A stretch of DNA of 64,000 bases from the NCBI GenBank assembly GCA_050575255.1, contig JBNZDD010013686.1:4026801-4090800 (forward strand). The letters run 5' to 3'. The notes beneath the pieces are model-generated. The model was not told where the DNA came from and did no database searches. It saw only the letters and a program-made list of their open reading frames with translations. Below are positions 1-11,426 of this stretch, piece after piece; within the stretch, counting starts at the first letter, position 1; every line of letters begins with the position of its first letter. A program made the translations under genes and the position numbers. This DNA comes from Harriotta raleighana. Lineage: Eukaryota.

Positions 1-122
<122 letters not shown>

Positions 123-352
123 TGAACTACACCACATGGAATTCGACTTCCCATCCACATTCTCCAAATGATTGCATTTATGATAGTACACTAACTTTGT
201 TCAATTCACTGTTGACCATCACCTTGAGACCGCAAATATATCAGGAGTTTAATCACTTTTGTTGACATTAAACAGTTTGCTTAAGATGCTTTAAATGGCT
301 TTTGATACATACATTTGTCAATTCCTTGTTTCGAACTGTAGTCTTATTGATA

Positions 353-679
353 CAGTGAAAACCCCTTTATCCGGCACCCCCGGGGAGGGGCGATTAATTG
401 ACTGCTGGATAAATGGGCAGCAAGTTGCTGAAAAACTCAACATAAAAAATTAACTTATTTTAAAACATACCATGTTAATAATAGACTAAATAGTAACAGA
501 ATATTGTATGGACACTTACCAATAAAGCATTCCAGTTCATAAGTTTAATAAGTGCGCATGGGCACGCATTGCACACACGCACAAAGTGAGCAAACTCATG
601 AATCCTGGAATGGGAAATTGCCCCGGGAGGAGGTCGAGCCATGCAGTTGATCGGGTCACGGATAAACAAGGTTTTACTG
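353..679 (+). mobile_element. Tc1/mariner-superfamily (Tigger/pogo-like) MITE, copy 1, intronic
   Basis: TA|CAGTGAAAACCCCTTTATCCG ... CGGATAAACAAGGTTTTACTG|TA: imperfect terminal inverted repeats with TA target-site duplication (351-352, 680-681); no coding capacity. Strand is arbitrary. Confidence 0.88.
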
Positions 680-1789
680 TATCCCAAACTAAGAAGAACA
701 TTTCCTGATGAAAGTAGTTCTATATTTCTCAGGAGGTCTGAACAGCACAGCATGATATTTGTGCTCATTCACAGANCCACACGTCAATTTGATGCAATCC
801 TGCACATTTTCCAAAAATCATCAGCAGTGGGATACTCCATAAATAGTACTTCATTTTTCTCACAAGCACAACATCAAATTTTAAGATTTCAAATAGCTTT
901 ATAGTGAATTTTATAGTCTTTTCACCCCAACCCCAGAAAATCTACTTAAGCTTTCAGTGATGTTCAATGTTTAAATTTTGTGAGAATCTTTTTTCTTACG
1001 TTTGTTGATTGCCTCGGGATACAGAATTGGAGTTTTTTTCTGCCAAGGATTGGCTCCAATCATGTAAAGTAAGCAGAATGACTGTATAAGTGCAAAGGAA
1101 TGCATCAAGGGAAAAAAAAGGTCCTATAACTTGACAAGAGCAGTTTGCTTTTTTTGATTATATCACTTTAGTGGGTGATAAATGACTGTCAAATAAGTAA
1201 ACACAAAAGATCAAATCAATAAGTGTAAAGAATATGATGGATCATTATTTGAGACTCTTGATTGTGCTCGTGTGAGCAATCATTTATAATTATCATTTGT
1301 AAAACTCACTATTCTAGTGCAGACATAAACTTGAAAGGAAGATATCATAAACCCTAGATTAGAGTGAAATTGGTGTTACTGAAATAATAAAACATTTTCA
1401 GCCTGCTCCGAGATGAATATTTAAAATGATTACTGCTTGATCATTTCAGGACTAGTCACCAATTCCTATCTGACTCTTCCTAAAGAGGGATATTATACCT
1501 TGTCTCCCCCCCAATCCCCTCCCAAACCACAAGCCTCTGTCCGATGTGACCATTTGGTTACAGTTGCAGTAATAAATGCCTGATTCAGACTCCAATCTTC
1601 AGTAAGAGCTCACCTATCTGTAAACATTTCATTATTTTTTGGAGACAGCTAAAACAGGGTTGCTGCTGCAAGCAATTGACATTTTGTATTTGAAATCAAA
1701 GAAAAATCGGAATTTTAGTCCTGTTTCCTTCTAATATACTCTGGTGTTGGAATAGTGGCCTAGTATAATATCACATGGTGAACCACATT

Positions 1790-1975
1790 ATTAGTAATAA
1801 TAATAAATTAGTTACTTCAACCCATGACTTTTTGTGGGACACTGATGTGCACAATTGACTTTCACGTTTCGCCCACAAAATATACACTCAATTAACTTTA
1901 CAGTATATTCTGAGAAGGTCACAAAGGTGTGATACGGCGTGAAATCAAATGCAAGGATTACCATTATTATTATTC
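1790..1975 (+). mobile_element. tRNA-SINE 3' half with L2-type tail
   Basis: tgtgggacactgatgtgcacaattg...ctttacagtatattctg...tcaaatgcaaggatta(tta)n; matches copies at 57578 and 26345. Confidence 0.85.
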
Positions 1976-2070
1976 TTTTTCAAAAGAAGCTGGCGTTTTG
2001 CTTTTCCCAAGCACTGTCTGAAACCCTGCAGAGAACGATTACATTTCACATGTAAATTTCTGTGTTGCAG

Positions 2071-2120
2071 AGCTCCTCAAAAGCCTCGCAGGCTCCTTCT
2101 CCTTGGGGAACAAATGGAAA
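2071..2120 (+). CDS. AFF2: AFF2 50-nt coding exon (SSSKASQAPSPWGTNG+AA)
   Basis: Acceptor tttctgtgttgcAG at 2069-2070 and consensus donor AA|GTAAGT at 2121. Continues the frame of the previous exon; QAPSPW is an AFF-family motif. Confidence 0.92.
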
Positions 2121-3319
2121 GTAAGTCTTCTTCCCTTCACAATGGGTCTTATGAAACTGCACGCCTGGTTTATTTTGACTTGGAAGCAAGATTTGATCAT
2201 AGAGTGATCAACATTTACTCAGGTTGAACATTCCCATGTTATGTCACTTTCAGTAACAATTGCATTCATATTTAAAATGCAATCTTTTGATTCCACCCCA
2301 CCCAGCCCCCCTCCCTTTTCTAATTCAGGAACCTTACATAAGCTTACCTTATATCGCACTGACTACAATAAATGGGAAATGTCCACAGTTAAGAGAAATT
2401 ACTTGCGTTCTGAGTTGCCATCTTTCAATTCAATATGGACCTTTAGACTTAAAGTCATAACGTTTAAGTTGACTGAAAGACTGATGAATATTTCATTGAT
2501 CAATGTTACGGTCTGGTTCAAAGTAATCAAGTCATGGCTGATCGCCAAATAGGATTCACATTTATACTGCTTGTTGATTATGATCATGACTGAAAACGTA
2601 CGTTTATATATGCTCATTTTTTTCCCATGCAAGATTTATTTCTGTCCATTCTGTAAACCCATGATAATGAATTCCCTGTAATCATTATGAATGAAAAGAA
2701 CCTAGAGCACTGAGATGAGCAGCAAGAAAACAACATGCATCACAGTGTTGATCTGGCTTTATTGAGTGCAGCCATATGCTGCCTTACTATATTGATCATG
2801 AATGAACCCACCATCAGTTTCGCTTTGCTTGGCTAGGAAATAAACAGGCTCTGCCTTCAGGTTTAGGAACACCCACTTCCTTCTTGGGGCGCCACATCTC
2901 TAATTATATCAGAATTTACAAGGAAAATAAACAAGCTCAACTGGGGCCGGTCCTCAGAGAGGCTTGTCCCTGTGGAACCCTGTTCATATTCTTTCCCTCT
3001 ATGCTTCTCTCTCTCTGACCCTATGATCTATCCCTGAGGCTCAGGGCAGCTCATCGACACGTGTTATTATGGCAACTCCCCAGGCATTATGGTTATTTCA
3101 GTAATGTTTTACAATCACACTTCTTCATCAGCGTAGATTACAGGATCAGTTCCTGGTATTGGACTTGACCGCATGAACTAAAACCAATAATACGAATTCT
3201 AAACACAGAAATACAAACATCAATGCACCAAAGTTTCAAGCGAAGTCTAATCTCTCTCTTTGGTTTCAACATAGTATTTACTGTTTTCAGATCATTCATA
3301 TTCCCTCAATTCTCCACAG

Positions 3320-3543
3320 AACTACAGGAACAGCATCTCCCATGTCTCCCACACCATCTCCAGTTAGCTCAGTGGGGTCACATGGGAGCAACATAAGCAC
3401 CGCAGGCTCCTCACCGTCCGCAACCATCAGTATTCCACAACGAATTCACCACATGGCAGCCAGCCACGTAAACATCACCAACAACATCCTCAGGAGCTAT
3501 GAGCATTGGGACACTGCTGACAAGTTGGGCAGGGAGAATAAAG
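3320..3543 (+). CDS. AFF2: AFF2 penultimate coding exon, 224 nt
   Basis: Acceptor ttctccacAG at 3318-3319, donor AAG|GTGGGT at 3544. Reads (K)[23 protein letters not shown]...[37 protein letters not shown]; phases fit both neighbours; [12 protein letters not shown] is AFF2-type. Confidence 0.95.
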
Positions 3544-3756
3544 GTGGGTTTGTACTTAACCGAGATATCTTTTGTTTTCCTTCACTCTCACGCCTGCTGT
3601 TTCATTCCAAGTGAAATAGCGCTGCTCTCAATTACAAGGAATGCTTTCTGATTTAGGATTATCCTCCAAAGAATGTGTTTGAACTCAGTATGGTTCAGCA
3701 GCAGGCAAAACACAACCTAAATGAATAGGCCATGTTTTTTTTGTTCAATCGCTAGT

Positions 3757-3880
3757 GATAGTAATCTGTGCATTTGATATAGCGCTTTATCAAGTTTTTG
3801 AGACTTCTCAAAGCGCCTCACAGAATATACTGTAAAATGAATTGACTCTAAAGATTTTTAGGCAAAATTGTGAATTGGCC
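3757..3880 (-). mobile_element. tRNA-SINE 3' fragment
   Basis: gcatttgatatagcgcttt...ctcaaagcgcctcacagaatatactgtaaa is the reverse complement of the family tail. Confidence 0.85.
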
Positions 3881-4772
3881 AAGAATATTGTGCTGCTGAT
3901 TTAATGTTTCCTGTATTGAATGAATTTGCTGCATAAATTAAACTGCTGAATTATCCATCTAACTATTGAGACAGAAAATCCTGTGTATTTATTAAATATC
4001 TTCATTATACATTATGCAATATCACATCTCATTAAAAAATAGTCTGTTGTAATTTAGATGAGCTGCATGATGCAGCATGGTTTCTAATTGACAGGATGAT
4101 TTATGCATATTTTAACAAATTTTTATTTATCTGTAGTGTACTAACGTCTATTATGGCATTAAGTGCCATGCTAAAAATGCTAAACCATCTCGTACTCTCT
4201 TAATTATTCACAAATATGAGCCTTGTAAACTAATATAATGTATTGAGAAAGGCAGTGAATCACTGCAGTTGATGTTGGCAGTATTTTATGTAATAATATT
4301 TATACATTCAGAAAGTTTGGATGGAGAGTTCATCACTAAAAAGATTCCTTTAAGGATCATATTGCTAGGAAATGTAAATTTTATTGAATGTTTGATAATG
4401 ATATTTTGAATGGTGTAGTAAAAATATTACTTAAAATCTTAAAACCAAATTAAGAAATGAAGATTTGTAAATAAATTTAAGTCTCTTAAACATTTTTCAA
4501 AAATAATTTTCTTAGAGTGTACTTGCTTTCGATATTATACATTTGCATAAATTTAATTTTCCTATTCGATTTCCTATGATCGAGGATGTACTTTCAGTCA
4601 CCAAATTGGCACAAGTATATTTTATTTCTGGTAATCACTGGAATCCAATCTCAGTTTGCAGAGTGTGATATTGAATCTCCTAAAAATTAATTACAACGGA
4701 ATTATGTGCAATCAGTTTGAAATACTCGTCCGTTGTGGTCGGTTATATCTGAGCGGTAGTTTTCAGTTGATG

Positions 4773-4910
4773 AATAAATAATCCTTGCACTTGATAAAGG
4801 TTCTAATCGTGTCACCAAAACATATATCTTCAAGTGCTTCACTGTAAAGTGTAGTGACTATGTATTTGTAGGGAAACGCTGCAGGCATTTATGCAAACAA
4901 ACAACCACAA
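4773..4910 (-). mobile_element. Diverged SINE 3' fragment
   Basis: aataatccttgcacttgata...gtgcttcactgtaaagtgtagtgactatgtatttgtagggaaac. Confidence 0.7.
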
Positions 4911-5274
4911 AGTGAATCACTAGTTTGATCTGAAATTTGATGTGTTAGAAAACTACAAATAATGTTTAATGAATATTCTTTGCAGAATGGATTAACTGGG
5001 TTTGCTTGATTTCTGCTTGCATCGTAGCTTAGCAAGAGTTGATATTGATCCAGTTTGTTTGAAATACAAGTTAGGAAATACATTACAATTGTAAATTAGC
5101 ATGAAATGATTTTTGTTGGGAGAATAGTCTTTACAATGAAGAAGTTAATCACAAATTGAAGATGATTCAATGCTTAAACATAGACAGAAGAATAACATGA
5201 TATCTCACAGATGATTGGGTAGAGAGATAATTCTGGCCAACAATCCGCCAGATAAAATTAGTCATTCTTGTCGT

Positions 5275-5412
5275 AGCTGCTTGTGTGTAAATTGGCTGCT
5301 GCATTCACTTCCAAATATAAATTCACTAAATGTTATATTAAATCCTGTGAAACACTTTGAGATGCTTTGACAAAGTGATAAGGCTCAATATCAAATACCA
5401 GGATTATTAATA
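5275..5412 (+). mobile_element. Diverged SINE 3' fragment ending ~60 nt before the last acceptor
   Basis: gtgtgtaaattggctgctgc...ctgtgaaacactttgagatg...atatcaaataccaggattatt. Confidence 0.7.
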
Positions 5413-5472
5413 TTGGCTTTTCAGTTTGAAATTATTTTGACTATTTGTTCTCTTCATTTTTGCTCTTTGCAG

Positions 5473-5594
5473 AGTTCTTTCATGAGCTGGATACGCTGAT
5501 GGGACCATTAACGCAGCACAGCAGCATGACTATCTTGGTACGATACACTCGACAAGGACTACATTGGCTCCGGGTTGAAGCCCATTTGTTATAG
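5473..5594 (+). CDS. AFF2: AFF2 terminal coding exon to stop codon
   Basis: Polypyrimidine tract and ttgcAG at 5471-5472. Reads (E)[39 protein letters not shown] with TAG at 5592-5594 followed by [18 protein letters not shown] and the AHLL* end match AFF2 rather than AFF1/3/4. Confidence 0.96.
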
Positions 5595-6684
5595 TGACTG
5601 TTGTATGCTCCTCTCCATTTCCATTCTCTACCTCTGCCAGCTCTCTAACTAACTGGTGGAAATCCTGCCATTCTGGAGCTCAGATTCTAGGTGTCATTTA
5701 ATATGCCAGATGTCTCCTCTTGCTCTGCTTCAGACTTGAAAGTGGTGGACTGCAGCTGGGGCAAATTCTCCCAATGGACTTGCAATCATTGCAAAACCAA
5801 TTGGGTATCTGGCTTCATCCCATTGTTCCTACCGACCTCTCCAGTCCAGTGGTACTATCCCGAGGCATTTCGCAATGTTGTAAATTGCCTTCGGGCCCAA
5901 ACTGATGGAACCAAGGCGGAAAGGAGTGCCTGAAAACATAGGAAATGTCTCATAAGAAGGTACGTGGAGGCTCGAGGTTACTCATGAAGGTCAAAACCCG
6001 GGATGCTCCTTGAAGGATTCACTGTTGTGTTTTCTCACTACTCCCGCAGTCCAGATTGTGTGATTAACACGCTGCCGGACTGCTCAAGAAGTCATACGAT
6101 AGACACAAGGTCAAAAAAAAATGGCTGACATATGTAAATGACCTGAGTCATTTGACTCTTTATTTTATACATCGTTTTTGCTGTTTTTTTTAAAAAGAAT
6201 TGCTAAAAGAACGCCGAAGCAAGATAGAAATGGAAAATTGTGCATTAAATTGAAGTGCTCTGTGTTTGCTTTTTTTGTGGAGTGAAAACTCATCATCTTC
6301 AGTGCTGTATGGTATGCCTTAGAGATTTGTGATCACAAGCACTTTTTTTAAAAAAAAGAATATTTATTAGGATGTATGTCCTAACACCTGGGTGGTGTAT
6401 GAAGGATTCATTCCATGCCACTGCACCTGCATTTATTTGTAGGATGACTCTGGAGATGGGGCAAAGCCCCAATTTAACAACATTAACCCTTCAAAGGGAA
6501 TTTTTAAACGTCCAAGACCTGTGTGCTGATATCATCAGAGATATCCACTTTCATCCTTCCATATTTGGAGATGGTTTGCAGTCTTCTCTAAACTGGGAAA
6601 TTTCTGTGGCGACTTGTTTAGTATGTACCCATACATAAGGAAGTAATTCTCCTGCGTATGAAATTGACTGATATTGAAAATGTA

Positions 6685-7102
6685 CAGCAAAATCTCGTTC
6701 ATCCGTGACCCGATCAATCAAATTGCTCAACCCCCATCCCGGTGCAATTCCCCATTCCAGAATCACGAGTTTGCTAACTTTGCGCATGCGTGCAATGCGT
6801 GCACATGCGCACTTAGTAAACATACAAATTTGTTTTTTTTCCCCCAATCGGTTAAAAAATGCTATTTTACCAATTTTTTTCCCCGACTGTGCTGGAATGC
6901 TTTATCGGTAAGTATCCACACAATATTCTGTTGCTATGTAGTCTATTATTAACATGGTATGTTTTAAAATAAGTACATTTTTTATGTTGGGTTTTCGGCA
7001 ACCTGTCCTCCGTTTATCCGGCACAGTTAATTAGTCCACCCCCCCCCCCCCCAACTCCCCCCCCCCTCCCCCCGAGCATGCCGGATAAACGGGGTTTTAC
7101 TG
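6685..7102 (-). mobile_element. Same MITE family, copy 2, inverted relative to copy 1, in the 3' UTR
   Basis: TA|CAGCAAAATCTCGTTCATCCG ... CGGATAAACGGGGTTTTACTG|TA. Interior is the reverse complement of 353-679, with an extra ~60-bp segment (~6825-6890) and an expanded poly-C tract. Confidence 0.9.
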
Positions 7103-10100
7103 TACCATTTGAATGGGACATCGAGAGAAAGGAGGAGAGTTCCAAGACAACAGAGAGGTTGCTACCCAAATTTTAATAATCTGCTTTACAGATGTTTCCA
7201 ATGTTATCTCATGTCAAGACAAAATGCATCTCAAGATAAAATGACTGACATATACTTCACAATTGAGAGCCGTTCAGTTCATGGGAATCTCAGCTGAAGG
7301 TTTTAGAGGGCAGCTACAGATAATTATGGAGTAGTTGGGAGAAGATAATTCTTCTGATTAAGTGTCATTTAGTTATCCTGAAAACCTTTCTCAGCCTCTC
7401 TGCGGAAAAGGGTGCAATTATCATAAATGACCTCGTTCACCTGCAATGTCCATCGTATGATTGTTTGAGATTCAAAAGGTAAATGAGACACAGTAATTTT
7501 TTTTTAAGTTTTAAAATGTTCTAATAGCACACAGCTTCTCCATGTAAAATAAATGACACAAAAATTGTCTGTGCCTTATTACTTTTTGAAACAGAAAGAT
7601 GTTTTGCGTACACAGAAACAATTGGGCACCTGCAATTGCTCATTATTAGCAATCCTTAGAAGTGTTTTAGACTTTATTAATCTGGTACGATCATTAGTTT
7701 CAAATCCCACACTGAAGAGGTAGAATTTGACCCTGCTCAGTTAATTATTTGTATTCATTGTTATTGCAAAATGTGACAAGGCAGCAAATATAAATTATTT
7801 TTATTATAAATACGGTTGCCCCAAATGACATTAGCACATTAAAACATCCTAGTTTCAATTCAATTCAATTGTTGCCGTATGTTGTTGCTGTGATTTTGAG
7901 TGGCACATTGAGTGAAAATTCGTTCTGATGCTCAAACAGTCCAGTTGTAGAGCTGGCAGTTTTCTGGCTTCTGCCCTTGTTCTTGTTTAAAGACTTAACT
8001 CAGTGAAAATATCTCTGGCTGCTGCCCTGAACATTTCTTTGGCTTTGAATATATTGCTGAAAACAATTTTGCATTAAATTCTGCTGATTGTCTTAATGTT
8101 GAACAGGCAAAGGTAGCATATGGGGTGGCGCTGTTTAATCTTAAACAGAGGACTGATATTCTGTTTCAGTAGGTCAACTTTTATTTAAATCGGGAACGAT
8201 AATCTTTTAGAGCAAATTCAAATCAAGTACGAATGGAATACTGTTCGTCTGGGATATGTGAAAATTTTCCACCACAAGAAAGAGCAATTTCACAGATCTG
8301 GTTACAGCTAGGAAGAAACATAAATGGTTGCTTACATTGGAAATGTCTCCTTACTGGTGGTGCTGGAAATTAAATAAAGTTGTGTTCCTCCTTTGAATGC
8401 ATCACAACGATAATATGCAAGCTATAGGCCACAGAGTGTGGAACGGTCTATTGTCAGAAGGCATCATATCTCACTAATGGCATAATCTTGATAGATTTAT
8501 GAATGTCCATGCCACAAATTAAATGACCTCTGCATTGTAGCCGTTCTGTTTATTTGACATTAATGTTAAACCCAAGAAAGCAAATGAATCCTTTAGGTGA
8601 GCACATAGCTTTGTGATGCAATTCGGTGACTTGGGTAGCATGGTGAAGCAACAGTTACAATATCCCCACCCAGCAAACACACACACTCACAGCAGATATG
8701 ACAATATTGTGGTGATGTACATATATACCCAACTGATGGAATGTGTGAGGAATATTCAGAATGATCTGAAATAGCAAACGTAATTGATTTTCATCCCCAC
8801 TCAAAAGATGGAATTATTTTCAGCGATCACTCCCAAAACACATTATTAATTCAAATATATAAACCTGCAAGCAATGTTAACATTTTCATATTGCTTGTGA
8901 TGTCCTTCAAATATGCAGTTATAACAGCAAAATTACAAAATGAAGTGGTTTATGGGGAAATGTATGCTCTAAATATTGCACAGAGAAAATAATATGTTGG
9001 TGGATGTTTGTAACAAGCCACATCCAAAAGATTTAACTAACATACCATTAATGAGTATATCATGAATGATTCAGAGTCATAAAATGCTCCTATATTTTAT
9101 CCAATGATTGAGAGAATTTATGCGCCACAAATATTTGAATTCAAAATAAATCTAGTTTGTAGCTAAATCTAACTAAATCTTTGAGAGTTGTGAAGGAAGT
9201 ATACAATACTTCAAGTATACAATACTTTAATTGTAAACTGTTCATCATATAGTATTGCCATTCAGGAGTTATTATAACCTGGGTAATTGGCAGATTGGCC
9301 AGGGCCATTCTTACTCCAGGTATGTGGGGATTGGGGTGGGGGAACATAGTATTAAACTCCAGTTTCTCTTTAATTTGTACCTTCACCTGACAGATTTTCA
9401 CTTAAAGATGTGCTCAGTGTTAAAATTCTCCAAGCTATGATTGAAAAGAAGGGTCAGCCTTGCAGGTATCATTGTTTGTTTGTGAAAACCTGGATGCAGT
9501 ATGTTCAACTGTGCTCATCGCTTCACCACTTAAAAATCTCCAGGTTCTTGTTAAGTGATTGAGCCACAAGTTCAAGACCATATTCTAAACTAAGATTATA
9601 AATCAGTAGGAAAGTATTCTGAAAGCATTATCTTACTTTTTCGAACTATCAGTGACTGGTTTCAGGTTCTGACCTAAACTTGTGGAAACTTCTTCAATGG
9701 CAGGTACATAAGATTATGATCCAAATGCAATTGTTCAATTCACTGTTGTCAGAATTACATATTAAACATTAAACAGAAAAGACACACTCTTTTTGATAAA
9801 TTTCAAAAAAGAATATAGAGTACAGGGTATTTATATTTAGCTTAATGAGATATAGATTGATATTTAACAAGACGTGAAGTAAAACAGTCCCAAAGCTAGA
9901 TTCCTACGAGGAAGCAATAATAATGTATTTTTTCAACAACAAAAATTACCATCCAGTCGTCAAATTTATTCAATACAGAAAGTAAAAGTTGTCCATTTAA
10001 ACTGGCAGGACTGTTGTGAGCGTCCACGCTTAAGGTAGTGTTTATGCAGTGTGGCCAAGAATGAGATTGGACATTGAGTATATTTGGTAAATCTGTAATC

Positions 10101-11407
10101 TTCATAGTCATCAATCGGATGACTTAACCATCCCATTTTCAAGAACAAGTAATTCAATCAATTTCTTTTTTTTTTAAAGTTTCTAAAGCTGATTTATAGT
10201 TCTATACTTAGAGAACAAAGAATTTCTTAGCTTGGGGTGCCAATTGTTTAGTAGCTCTGAGACAGTACACATTTTGAATTACAATTCCGGATGTAATTGG
10301 TTTGTAATGTATAGATAGCAAAATACAACAAGATATGGCACATGGCTACCCTTACTGGGGGAAAAATAAACTAACATTGTGGCTCCCATTCATTTGATAT
10401 TGGAGGTATATCTAAAGCATGGATATTTGTTAAATTTTTTAAACCAAACTGAAAAAGTTTTATATAAGGAAATTGCAATTTGGAGATCTATTTATGAGAG
10501 ATATTAAGTGGTTTATTGGATGAATGGATACGTTTGATTATTCTTGATGTGTGCATTCATTTCTGAGTCTTAACAGTCTGACCATTGTTAAATTATTATT
10601 TTTTGCATTAATGCTGTTTCATCAGATCAATGTATGAAACATCTCCAGTCAAATCTGAGTAACTTTTTGTTCCTTTTCAAGTGCTAATTTTTAAATAGAA
10701 ACTCCAATCTTAGATTTTAGCAGACCTCCAACCTTGTTACTGACAAATGCACTGCCTTTCAAGAGACTCTTTGTCAAGGACATTTCAATGAGCCTTATTC
10801 TCCTTCTGTAGCATCATGTAAACTTATTTCTTGTCATATCCAGTTTGTTACCTATTATTGTAGTAGTGTGGCCTGTCAAAGGCTTGTAGTAGAACATTTA
10901 TATTTCTCGTATAGTTTCATTTTCTGCTATACCAGCACTGGGTACAAGAAGAATTTATCCAATATAAAAGTTAATGATAAAAGATGCATAAAAGATGCAT
11001 AACATGTTCACCCAGATGCCACAAGTTGTCTTTGTTTGACGGGCATGCTGTTGTCTATCCTTGTAAAAACAATTTTGGTAAATTATGAAGTTTTTGTACA
11101 GAGAGCTAAAATGTAATTATGTTAAGCTATTGACTAATCTCTATATAGCTGTGAGAGGTTAATTTCTTTGGCTTATATATGAAATGTAATCTGCCTGTTC
11201 TGCTTTGTATTTCAGCTGTGTTGCACAGTTATGCATTTTGGTTACTAGTATGTTAATTTTTAAACATTAATACTAAATGTACAAACATTAAACTGTTATA
11301 GGTATTTTTGTTCTTTTTAAATGTAATGTCTCTGTATAAATAATTGTATGAGCTGGTAAAACTGCTTCTCTGAAAGAGGGCTTTATTATTCTACCAGTAC
11401 ATTGAGT

Positions 11408-11426
11408 AATAAAGAAATACAATAAA
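11408..11426 (+). promoter_or_regulatory. Tandem polyadenylation signals (AATAAA 11408-11413 and 11421-11426)
   Basis: Two canonical hexamers, several upstream TGTA motifs (CFIm-type), and a downstream U/GU-rich tract (ttttttctt...tgttctgtctt). Confidence 0.65.

Noticed and set aside
475-904. ORFs at 475-768 and 641-904, and their look-alikes at 6551-6952, as a duplicated small gene
   Set aside because: The similarity comes from the two non-coding MITE copies; no transposase motifs.
3281-3333. Alternative acceptors at 3290, 3327 and 3333
   Set aside because: All shift the reading frame relative to the upstream exon; only 3319/3320 preserves AFF homology.
3544-3614. In-frame extension of the ORF-track protein 3342-3614 (GGFVLNRD...)
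   Set aside because: AFF homology stops at the GT donor at 3544 and resumes at 5473; the extension is intron and the Met at 3342 is internal.
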